Notes under the pieces: model-generated
What the model was told of the DNA's origin: nothing
What the model saw: only the letters and a program-made list of their open reading frames with translations
Databases searched by the model: none
NCBI RefSeq assembly: GCF_001194135.2
Contig: NC_068982.1
Span: 116,191,165 to 116,236,821 of the forward strand
Direction of reading: 5' to 3'
DNA from: Octopus bimaculoides
Lineage: Eukaryota
Length of the DNA stretch: 45,657 nt
Part shown: positions 11,770 to 22,408 of the stretch, piece after piece
Numbering within the stretch: position 1 is the stretch's first letter
Layout of the letters: each line of letters starts with the position of its first letter
Made by a program: the position numbers and the translations under genes

Positions 11770-13399
11770 ACTGGAGACAAAACGAGACGCTTGCCTCAGA
11801 CATCTTGCGTCTCGCATATATATCTCAACTAGATATAAACTAAGATAATAGCTTTCATATGTTATTGTTGTTGATGTTCTCTGTTCGTTTGCTTGTTTAT
11901 TGGTTGTTTGTTATTGTTGTTGCTGTTGCTGCTGTTAGTCACAAATCACTCCTGATAAAGTAGACATTTCATCGAAGACGTTCCAAACACGATTTTCCCT
12001 CCCGTTATATTCTCAGAAGTACGTTTTCCTGTGTGGCTTTCCTTTGTTTGAAAGACGATGATGTACAATTTAAGGATTTGGCTGCTATTTCTACTAGAAT
12101 GCGCGACCACTAGGAGATTGCTTTCAAACTTACTGTAGCGTAGTAGGGGTAATGTAGTGACAGAAATAGTAAAGGTGTCAGTTACCTCCCTTACTAGTGT
12201 GTGTGCGTATGCGTGTGCGTGTGTGTGTATGTATGTATGTGTTTAAACAACGCTGTAAATAAGAATTTGCTTAAAGTAGCAGCCAAATCTTCCTCAAATC
12301 ACGAGCGAATGCAGAAAACCTACACGTCGTTTCGACCAGCTAGAAAAAGATGGTTGGAACGCCTTTCGTTTATAGATCTGCTCATTTAAAAATGACATGA
12401 GAATAAGCAAAAGCACCTTCCACTTTTATCCGTATCATGGTCGGAAAGGGTGATAATGAATAAATACCGATAGTGTTACAGGGAGAATTGATTGAGGACC
12501 TCTTTTGTATGAATTTATACAGTTGTTGCTCAAGTTGACAGTGATCTCTTAGATTTTAATTTTAATTTCAAACGTAATGACAGAAATATATAGAAGAGGA
12601 TAATGAAGACTGTGTATTGTTCGTGTCTTTCTCAAGTAAGTAAATCATATTCGAAACTGGTCCTGTATATATTATTGCTCAAGAATTTAACCACCTGCAC
12701 CACGACATCATAGCACCTGTATAAGATTCGTCGAAGGAGTGTCATCTGTTTTGAAAGTAATGGCTGTACTGATCCTATACACATCACACAGATGGGTAAT
12801 GGAAGGCAAATACGATTCTAACGCAATTTGAACTCCGAACTTAGAAGAATGAAACTAAAAGTGATAATACGTTTATTCATGTCAGCCGATAACAGAATTA
12901 TTCATAATTAATTTCGCCACAATACAACATATTCAGACTTGCCATTCTATAATGAATTTCGTATCGACTCCTATCATACATTTAGCTTCATCATACGCTA
13001 ACATATTAAGTCTAAAGCCCGACCGTTTGATAATACCTCATCACTCTTTCTGTGATCGATATAATTTTCTTTCATCGATACAGTGTAACATTTGTGTGGA
13101 ATTAGTATAGGTGATTGTATATCCTTGTTATATGCTTTATAGAAGGAATATAAGGCCATACGGAGTCCGACAGAGACTGAACACATGTCTTAGAGAACCA
13201 TAACTAAATACTGCAAGAATTTTAATCGAATACTATATCAATGTCACTAATAAATAAACATCGTAAATATTCGTAACTGGACAAAAATAGTGTAGAAAAA
13301 TATATAAAATCCTAGCAAGCAGATTCTGAAACTCGGTTTACATTTCTAGCAGACGTCATTTCACATTATCTTGTAAGGATCCATTAAGAAAACTTTAGC

Positions 13400-13405
13400 T
13401 TTATT
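13400..13405 (-). terminator. Candidate polyadenylation signal (AATAAA) of the CCP/SRCR gene
   Basis: TTTATT on + strand, 234 nt downstream of the stop codon; AT-rich context so chance occurrence is possible. Confidence 0.35.
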
Positions 13406-13638
13406 GCATTTACTAGTTATACGACCTTTAATGAAACTAACAGTTTGCACTTAATCTCAAAGGGATCGTTATAATTATGGAAATAACAATAACTCTGAAA
13501 TAAGAATAAAATTTAATATGAAAGAAGATATACCTGTGTAATGAAAGCGAAACGGAGATTTTGGAGGAAATATTTTCATTCTTGCAAGTGGAACATTAAT
13601 TAAGACTTTTCATCAGAACTAAATGTTTCTTTAAAACG

Positions 13639-15555
13639 TTATTCAGGGAAAATATATCCCCGGCATGAAACAACAACTAAGTCTGTACAAAACACATTTG
13701 CTTGTTTAGTTCGGCACTGTAGGATGTTTTCTTCATCGCCAGAACACGCAATACCCATGAATTTTGCTCGAACTCCTGAAGAACTGTAGGATCTTAACTT
13801 TCGGCCGCTTTTGAAACCTAACATTCGGCATAATACTTTTGATTCGGATTTACCCCATATGCCAACACCAGAGTAAAAATGATCGCAGACACCTCCCCAA
13901 CTGCCATCAGTGAAGATTTCTGCAACTCCAATGGTTTCACCAAACGAATAGCTGAGTCTAACATTAATCGAAACACACCGTGGCGTTGGATTCCAAGTTT
14001 CATTAATACATTTAGGTTGGATTTCTTTTAGTTTTCTGAAACCGTTTCTACAGGAATACGACAGGAAAATTTCATATAAAGACCTAGTTTTAGTTTTATT
14101 GTATTTGAAGTCGAATTCTGCATCTTTCATTGCAAAAAATTTAGGAAGCTCACAAGATTTCACGCATTCTGGTACCGGACGTGACCATGTGCCTCTGCGA
14201 GAACAAATTCGGTTATCTGTGTTAGATATTTGATAGCCTTTCTTGCAATCATACTGTACAAAGACCGTACCAATTTGATCGACAATTATTGCATTCTTTG
14301 GTATATTCGGTTCCACACATGCAAAAGACCTGATGCAAAATATAGCTGGGACCCAAATTCCATTAATGCATGTAATAGCTCCTTCATAGGCATTTTTGAA
14401 ACGTTTTTTGCAGGAGTACATTATTTGCCGTCCATAAGATATCTCTGCTGAAGTACTCAATGCTTCAAAGGTTGGTAATAACCACAATGGTTTTGCTAGT
14501 CCTCTTATATCTGGAATCAAGCAAACTGGTTTGCAAGCAGGAATCTCTGTATTCCACTTTCCGTCAGCTTGACACGTGATATGCGATTTACCGACAAGAC
14601 TATATCCTTCCATACATCGATAGACAAGTGTCGTATTGAAAATGGTTTCCTGTTTATCTTCTTCAATAAATCCATGATCTGGCGGCAGAGGTTTTGGACA
14701 TTTCACTAATTGACAAGAAGGGAACGTACCCGTCCAGTTTCCATCTTCGCCACACACCAAGGTTTTGTTTCCAAGCAACTCATAACCATACTCACAAGAA
14801 AACGTTATTGTAGAATTGACTGTATGCCCAGTTTTCGATACTTTCCGACCATTGGAGGGCACTTGGAGTTTTCTTAAACATTTCACAATTTCACATGTAG
14901 CGTTATGGTACCAAACTCCATTCCGACAGCGAAGATCACCGTTAGCCGCTCCTACACGAATATAATAGCGGTCACATATAACTCTTGGAATAATATCATC
15001 CGGAGAATTACCGAGTGCAAAAACAAATTTTCCGTTTGGTATTTCTGGGAAATGTCCGCAGTTGATTAAACTCATTAAAGTTTCAATGAATCGCTCGTTT
15101 CGTCTGCTAATCACATGACACTGAATAAGCTCTGGTTTATCTTTCAGAAAAGTGTAATTAATGCTCACCGATCCATTAAATGGTTGTAAACTAATTTGTA
15201 AAGATTCTTCACGGAAAACTGTGTAGGCTGATTCACCACTGCCTTCATTCATATTATTGGTATTCTCTGGAGCTATTACTGATTCACCTGATGCTATTTC
15301 CATTTTATTCTGTTCTCCTTCAATGCTGCTACGAATATTTTCTTTGTTAATGTCTCCTCCCGGGTGATTCCCACCATACATCGTAGTTTCACTGGTGTTC
15401 AATATTTCTCTCCCGATACTGTTTTCTCTTAACGTTGGATCTTTGAAATTCTTATCATTTTCAAAACTATCTCTTCCAAAAGAATCATTTGTTATTCCTG
15501 CTTGACTAAAGTCTACAGAAATGGCAATTAATAAAACCAGAAGTTCTCCTGCCAT
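13639..15555 (-). CDS. Secreted multidomain protein: signal peptide, ~145-aa acidic linker, 6 Sushi/CCP modules, C-terminal SRCR domain (638 aa, single coding exon)
   Basis: Uninterrupted 1.9-kb ORF ending TAA at 13639. Preferred start is the ATG at 15555 (aatATGG context) followed by hydrophobic MAGELLVLLIAISVDFSQA; the ORF track's TTG start at 15600 adds 15 unlikely residues. Six C..C..C..W..C modules at aa ~166-221, 226-281, 286-341, 345-407, 413-464, 468-527 (e.g. FSCEYGYELLGNKTLVCGEDGNWTGTFPSC). SRCR motifs VRL..GVAEIF.DGSWGGVCD..KVLCRMLGF..C.G.E..I.QC..VVSC at aa ~532-631. No TM segment. Confidence 0.93.
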   Translation of the reverse strand: MAGELLVLLIAISVDFSQAGITNDSFGRDSFENDKNFKDPTLRENSIGREILNTSETTMYGGNHPGGDINKENIRSSIEGEQNKMEIASGESVIAPENTNNMNEGSGESAYTVFREESLQISLQPFNGSVSINYTFLKDKPELIQCHVISRRNERFIETLMSLINCGHFPEIPNGKFVFALGNSPDDIIPRVICDRYYIRVGAANGDLRCRNGVWYHNATCEIVKCLRKLQVPSNGRKVSKTGHTVNSTITFSCEYGYELLGNKTLVCGEDGNWTGTFPSCQLVKCPKPLPPDHGFIEEDKQETIFNTTLVYRCMEGYSLVGKSHITCQADGKWNTEIPACKPVCLIPDIRGLAKPLWLLPTFEALSTSAEISYGRQIMYSCKKRFKNAYEGAITCINGIWVPAIFCIRSFACVEPNIPKNAIIVDQIGTVFVQYDCKKGYQISNTDNRICSRRGTWSRPVPECVKSCELPKFFAMKDAEFDFKYNKTKTRSLYEIFLSYSCRNGFRKLKEIQPKCINETWNPTPRCVSINVRLSYSFGETIGVAEIFTDGSWGGVCDHFYSGVGIWGKSESKVLCRMLGFKSGRKLRSYSSSGVRAKFMGIACSGDEENILQCRTKQANVFCTDLVVVSCRGYIFPE

Positions 15556-16189
15556 ATTACACAATGCGGTAAAATGCATATGCTTGCAGTTCCCGCGCAA
15601 ATAATATTATTTACTAACAATCGTGTATCTGTGCGCGCGTCCGTTTATGTATGCGCACGCGTATCTGAACTTTTTGAACTTCGTACGCAAATAACTTCTG
15701 CCATTTTCTCCTTTCTTTCTCTGAACCTTTTCCTAATTATTTTCAAAAATCCCGTTTCTTCATCCATGTGTGCATGTATGTATGTATGTATGTATGTGTG
15801 TGTTTATGTATAGGAAATGCCTTTTGAGGGGCGAGCAGTAGAGGGACGGTATTGGTTGTTTCCGGAATGTAATGTTATAGCACTTGTACACTCGTACACA
15901 CGTACGTATGTGAATGTGTTTTGTATACATGTGTGCGTGCGCCCGTGTATGTAGAAAGAGACAAACAGAAAGACAGACAGTGAGAGAGAGTGAGCGAGAA
16001 AGAAATACAGAAAGAAAGCGAGAAAGAAAGAGAGAAGAAGGGACGGAGGGAAGGAGGAAAATGTGTAGTGTATGTTTTTTGTGTGGAGTGCTCGTGTATG
16101 TAAGTACATGAGACAACTTTGACGATGCTATGTAAGCATCAACTCAGATTACGTGCTGCTAGCTTTAAGTAATAACCTTGGAAGAAGAA

Positions 16190-16191
16190 GA

Positions 16192-16239
<48 letters not shown>

Positions 16240-16303
16240 NNNNNNNNNNNNNNNNNNNNNNNNNNNNNNNNNNNNNNNNNNNNNNNNNNNNNNNNNNNNN
16301 NNN

Positions 16304-16382
<79 letters not shown>
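16190..16382. repeat. (GA)n / gap / (TG)n microsatellite block upstream of the CCP/SRCR gene
   Basis: Pure dinucleotide runs either side of the 64-N gap 16240-16303. Confidence 0.95.
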
Positions 16383-16547
16383 AGTTCCACTCTGTACCAA
16401 GTGGCAGTTGTATTTAACAGTAAGTCTTTTCTTACTTCATATACACTTCAACTATTGTTTTTGCTAAACAGAGTTGAAATACATAGTAATATGTAGAAAA
16501 TCTCTTAACTAAATTCTGTCACATGTTTTTCAGTAAATGAGTAAATA

Positions 16548-16578
<31 letters not shown>

Positions 16579-17007
16579 CTGTTCTTTATTTAGCCACTGA
16601 ATGCAATTATTTTTCAACTTCATTCATACGTACATTCAAAATTTGGAAGCTTAAAACTGGCGGGTTGGCGGTGATGACATAAAAATATATGAAGATGAAT
16701 AAGATAAATCTATATGAAAACGAAAGGGTGCGTGAGGGACGGGGAAGACACTTTAAAATTGCATAAATATACAAACATATAATAATTAGATAAATAAATA
16801 AGATACACATAAGTGAAACAAGATATTTTTTTTAGCCGTTTGCTCGGTCAAAGTATTTTCATAAGTTTCTTAGAAGTGTTTTCAAACTTCTAGTTAGCTC
16901 TTGTTTCATACTCTGATGGATGTAAAAAGTATTTGGGAATGTGTGATATATGTGTTTGTCTCGTGTTTGTCACGTGATACACAAGAGAGGCAAATGGTTA
17001 AAAAGTA

Positions 17008-18048
17008 TCAGGTCATCCCATAAGTTATGTCCAATTTTATCTTTTATAAAATTGAATGAAATTTAATAGTATTTTAGAATGTCTTATGGAATTAAAAATT
17101 ATTTCTATGCATTTGTGTACATTTAAACTAATTAAATATTATTTTACAGAATGATAGAATTAAAATTTCTTTGATTAATAGAATTAAATTTCTTTCTAAA
17201 ATGCAAGTATCCAAAGAGCATTTAAGTCATATAATGCCGAAGTGACTCAAAGCATACACTCATTTTATGGGAAAGAATGCTTGAATGAAAGAACTTGCAG
17301 AAGATGGTTTGCAAAATTCAGAAGTGGAGGTTTCAGCCTTGACGATGAAGATCGAATAGGACGTCCAGTTGAGTTTGATGATAAGCTCCTTGAGGCATTA
17401 TTTGAAGAAAATCCTGCATTATCGGTTGAAGAATTGGCAATAAAGCTTAGTTCAAACCATACAACTGTTCATCGTCATCTTCAACAACTTGGAAAGGTTC
17501 CTAAACTTGGAAAATAGGTGCTTCATGGATTGTCCGAAAGCAACCGCAAATCCCGAGTTGACATCTGCTCTTCTCTCCATTCTCGCGAACTCATTTCACT
17601 CTTTTTCGATNNNNNNNNNNNNNNNNNNNNNNNNNNNNNNNNGAACCAAGCTTTGAAGAAAAAAAGACCCGCTTTAGTGAATCGAAAAGGGGTAATGTTT
17701 CAAAGATCACATCACAGAAGATCGAAGAGCTTGGTTGGGAAAAAATTTCTCCTCCACCTTATTCTCCCGACCTTTCTCCTTCAGACTACCATTTGTTTCG
17801 TAATTTACAGAATCATTTGGGTGATATAACTTTCGCAAGCCAGGAGGATGTCGAAATTGACATTTCAGAGTTCTTCGCTTTGAAACCGAAAGAGTTATAC
17901 ATTGATGAGATTAAAAAGCTTGTAAATAGATGGAAGGAAGTCATAAATAATCGGGGAAAGTACAGGTGATTACATTTCAATTAAATATAACATTTGATCA
18001 CTTGTTTTCTTTATTCAAAATTCGGACAGAACTTATGGGACGACCTGA
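17008..18048 (+). mobile_element. Mariner transposon, both TIRs intact, internally deleted, transposase pseudogene
   Basis: TIRs tcaggtcatcccataagttatgtcc (17008-17032) and reverse complement ending 18048 (23/25), each flanked by TA. Transposase from ATG 17201: CRRWFAKFRSG..GRP, WVPHEL decayed to *VLHGL, PPYSPDLSPSDYHLF, RWKEVINNRGKY. Confidence 0.95.
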
Positions 18049-18224
18049 TATATACAGAAACATTTAGGATTACCCCTAACACCACCCCACACGGATAAGA
18101 ACCCATTGGTTACGTCGGGCTAGAACTTATCATTTCTCTTCCCGCCTGCCGCACTCCTCATATTGGGTTTTTGGTTTGCCCAAAAGTACCCCAATAACAC
18201 CCACTACATGGGACGAGGCAAAAT

Positions 18225-18385
18225 AAATAGAGGCACAAGACTACAGAAGTTATGTAGAGGAAGAGATTTAATCCAGTTCTTGACTAGCTCTTTCTTTTTC
18301 CGAATCCGGAAGGAAGGAAGTTAAAGTTGATCTCGGCGGAATTTGTACTCAAAATTTAAAGAGCCTGAAGAAATAGCGCTAAAAA
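18225..18385 (-). mobile_element. SINE family B, degraded partial
   Basis: ggcacaag..aaagttgatctcggcggaatttgtactca is the reverse complement of the family B core. Confidence 0.6.
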
Positions 18386-18388
18386 AAT

Positions 18389-18912
18389 GCCCTGATGCAA
18401 AACCAGACTGTGGGTCTCATGGCTTCGGATCTAAACTGATTGGAAGTGTTAACATATACATTTTTTTGTCTTGGTGTAAAAGATGGGGGCTACAGCCCAT
18501 CATTCTGCTCAGTACCACAGATTTGGTTTTTCAGTTGGTTGGCCTTAGCCAGCCGAGAACGTCCTTAGTGGCTCACGATATGTGTATCTCGGATGACAAG
18601 CAGAAGCAGCAGGAAAGCATCATAACCATGTGTTGACAGGGATTCTGTTGGCGTCTGAATAAAATTACCCTCATTCGGGGACCTTTTGAGCTGGATGAGC
18701 TACTCGATCCGAAGAAAATTCTAACTGGGCTCCACCTGCAAGGTCATGCGTTGTTTTTCTTCATATGCGGTCACCATGTCACGCATCTATAGTTGTGTTG
18801 CATGTACCTAATGAACCCTTATCAGACGGGTAGTCATGAAGCTCATATTGGGTTTCGTATATTTGTACCTACAATCACTTTGATGGCATGTACTCAATAG
18901 TAATAATAATAA
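18389..18912. repeat. ~0.5-kb interspersed repeat abutting (AAT)n, copy 1
   Basis: Colinear with 22408-22816 (gccc.gatgca..ccag..tggaagtgtta..ccacctgcaaggtcatgcg); ends in aatagtaataataat. Confidence 0.8.
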
Positions 18913-18985
18913 TTCTTTCTACTATAGGCACAAGACCTGAAATTTTGCGGGAGAGGGAATAGTCGAATACGCCGACTTCAGTATT
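18913..18985 (-). mobile_element. SINE family B 3' fragment
   Basis: tctttctactataggcacaagacctgaaatttt matches the family B tail. Confidence 0.7.
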
Positions 18986-19315
18986 TCACTCGTACTATCC
19001 GCCTTGCACTTAATGATATAATTTCAGCTAATGATGTTGATATTACAGATCTCAACCACCTGTACTATGCATCCACCAAAATCTCAACGATTCTATGTTG
19101 TGAAAAGATTAGAAAACAACATTCCCACAGAAAGCCTATTTGGCAAGAGTGTATTCAACACCAAATTCAGCTACTTCAATCTGACATAGAATGTTTAAAA
19201 AACCTTAAGTTTGACAAGACTATCAAACCAAAAAAAAATCCGAAAACTAAAGAAAAAATTACGGAGATGTACTTGCATAGCAAGCGACCTGATCTGAGAT
19301 CGTGTGCTGGAACGA

Positions 19316-19449
19316 AAACAATTGCAGCGTGGAAGGTGTTTATAAGCCATTTAAGAAACACACAAAAACCGTTAGATTCACTTCAACATTTAATGGTTTT
19401 TGTGTGTTTCTTAAATGGCTTATAAACACCTTCCACGCTGCAATTGTTT
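19316..19449. repeat. Perfect 55-bp inverted repeat with 24-bp spacer inside the R4-like element
   Basis: 19316-19370 is the exact reverse complement of 19395-19449. Confidence 0.95.
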
Positions 19450-21070
19450 AAAGAAAAATATAATAGGAAAACTATATTTGACATCGATATCACCATAGAA
19501 ACCATCAAACAAAAGGTGTGTGTTAAAGCTGCCCGCATATCAATGTATGAAAAGCGCGTTAGATTCTTCAAGGGCAACAACATGTTCAAAAATAATCGCA
19601 AAATTTTTTACAGAAAGATAGGGAAAATACCAGTTACAGTAAAGTCTGTCCCATCAATAGAAGTGCAGGAATTTTGGAATAAAATTTGGGTCTCTGACTG
19701 AGACTTGGAGCCAACTTGTACAAATACAAAGCAAAAGTCAAACTAATAATAATAATAATATTCCAGGGAGACATGCTCTCCCCACTCCATTTCTGTTTGG
19801 CACTGACACCTATATACGACATGCTAAACAGAACTGGGTGTGGATACAACTGTTACGGCAAAAAATCGGCCATCTCTTGTACATGGATGACATAGAACTG
19901 TACGCTACAAATGATAAAGAGCTGGAAACATTACTACAGACAGTACATGGATTTACCAAAGAAATAAACATGTAATTTGGCTTAGAAAAATGCGCCAAAG
20001 CAACCCTGAAAAGAGGGAAACTAGTTAAGAGTAGCAACATCACACTAAATAAAACAAATGAAATAAGAGAATTAGCCCAAAGCCAGACATACAAATACTT
20101 AGGAATCAATGAACTAGATTCTATACAACACACACAAATGAAGGATAAGATTAAAAAGGAATATTATAGACGAGTCAGATTAATACTGAAAACAGAGCTC
20201 AGTGCGAAAAACAAGATAATAGGTATCAACTCTCTAGCCGTCCCAGTTATAAGTTACAGCTACAATATTCTTAACTGGACTCTAGATGAACTAATCAAAA
20301 TAGACAAGAAAACAAGAAAAATAATGACAGGACTTAGGATGCACCAGCCAAAATATAACATAAAAAGGCTATATACAACGTATTGAAGGTAGTAGAGGCC
20401 TTATACAGCTGTTACAAAATAACTACTTGAGAAGCAAGGAAAACTAATACAAATAACCATAAAACACGAACAAAGCAAAAAAAAAAAAAAACAGTTTTCA
20501 GTCTTTAAGGAAGCTGACAAATACAACAAAGAAGTCATAGTACCAAACAACTATGAAGGGAAAGAAGAAACAACAAAAGCTGTAAAACAAATGAAATCCA
20601 AACTAAAACTGGAACAGCAACGGATCATGATAAAGCGATGGTAAAAAAAAAGCCCCTTCATGGCAGATATTGGGTTATACTAAACAGAAAAGAAATAGAC
20701 AAAGCAAAATCGCAACAATGGCTGAGAAGCTCAGGACTCAAAGCAGAAACTGAAGGATTTTTAATTGCAGCACAAGATCAAAGCCTTCCTATCAGAAATC
20801 ACACCAAAAACATGTAATGAAAAGAAATGTAAGTAACTGCAGAATATGTGGTGATGGAGAAAAAACAATAAATCATACTGTCTCTGGCTGTCCAGTCCTG
20901 GTTAAGAAGGAATATATTCACAGACACGACAGAGTTGGGACATATATACACTGGAAACTATGGAATAACAAAACTATGGAATAACAACAGAAAAAAGATG
21001 GTATAGGCACACGCCAGAAAAGGTCACAAAAAATGAGAAAGCAACCACACTCTGGGATATGCCAATACAC

Positions 21071-22347
21071 CAGTGGCGACTCCGGCACTCGGGCTGTTCG
21101 GGCTTAGTCCGCGCATAAATTTTCTAAAGTGAACGTGAAGCTGATTTAATTTGTGCCAACACTGACTTCAAGTATGTAATTTCAGCCAATAACTCGGGCG
21201 TTTTTTTATTGAGCTTGGTCGCAGTTCATTTATCTTCGTTCAGCGTCTGGCGATCGTCTTAGAGGTGCCCTGTGTCAAAAAATATCATTCGTAGCCGACG
21301 TTCTCTCGACATCGTTCACATGTGCCTGACTCGGGCTCAGAAGTTACAGCCCGAGTTGTTATCTATAATCGTAAAACTTAAAAGCAATTCGAATTCAATA
21401 TTTTCTTGAAACAATAAATTAGGATTTAAATTGCAATCTATGAAAAGTTTCCGTTCTACAATACTCATAAAGGAACGAAAAATTATGCAGCAACTCGGGC
21501 TAATACGAACGAGCCTGGTAGGTATAAAAGACTAACTGGCATCTTTTGTCAAGNNNNNNNNNNNNNNNNNNNNNNNNNNNNNNNNNNNNNNNNNNNNNNN
21601 NNNNNNNNNNNNNNNNNNNNNNNNNNNNNNNNNNNNNNNNNNNNNNNNNNNNNNNNNNNNNNNNNNNNNNNNNNNNNNNNNNNNNNNNNNNNNNNNNNNN
21701 NNNNNNNNNNNNNNNNNNNNNNNNNNNNNNNNNNNNNNNNNNNNNNNNNNNNNNNNNNNNNNNNNNNNNNNNNNNNNNNNNNNNNNNNNNNNNNNNNNNN
21801 NNNNNNNNNNNNNNNNNNNNNNNNNNNNNNNNNNNNNNNNNNNNNNNNNNNNNNNNNNNNNNNNNNNNNNNNNNNNNNNNNNNNNNNNNNNNNNNNNNNN
21901 NNNNNNNNNNNNNNNNNNNNNNNNNNNNNNNNNNNNNNNNNNNNNNNNNNNNNNNNNNNNNNNNNNNNNNNNNNNNNNNNNNNNNNNNNNNNNNNNNNNN
22001 NNNNNNNNNNNNNNNNNNNNNNNNNNNNNNNNNNNNNNNNNNNNNNNNNNNNNNNNNNNNNNNNNNNNNNNNNNNNNNNNNNNNNNNNNNNNNNNNNNNN
22101 NNNNNNNNNNNNNNNNNNNNNNNNNNNNNNNNNNNNNNNNNNNNNNNNNNNNNNNNNNNNNNNNNNNNNNNNNNNNNNNNNNNNNNNNNNNNNNNNNNNN
22201 NNNNNNNNNNNNNNNNNNNNNNNNNNNNNNNNNNNNNNNNNNNNNNNNNNNNNNNNNNNNNNNNNNNNNNNNNNNNNNNNNNNNNNNNNNNNNNNNNNNN
22301 NNNNNNNNNNNNNNNNNNNNNNNNNNNNNNNNNNNNNNNNNNNNNNN

Positions 22348-22408
<61 letters not shown>

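Noticed and set aside
12320-12345. Second hammerhead candidate (ggtcgaaacg on minus strand)
   Set aside because: No CUGANGA core at a suitable distance.
13330-13400. Retrocopy hallmarks (poly(A) remnant, TSD) for the intronless gene
   Set aside because: No oligo-T tract on + below the AATAAA and no flanking direct repeat found, so a recent retroposition is unsupported; retrogene status remains inference.
15556-15600. TTG-initiated 15-aa extension of the CCP/SRCR ORF
   Set aside because: Non-ATG start is unlikely in a eukaryote; the in-frame ATG at 15555 has good context and directly precedes the signal peptide. An upstream ATG at 15579 is possible but less plausible.
8851-18048. Tc1 and mariner flanking the gene as a composite transposon
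   Set aside because: Different families with unrelated TIRs; the Tc1 lacks its right end; no shared TSD.
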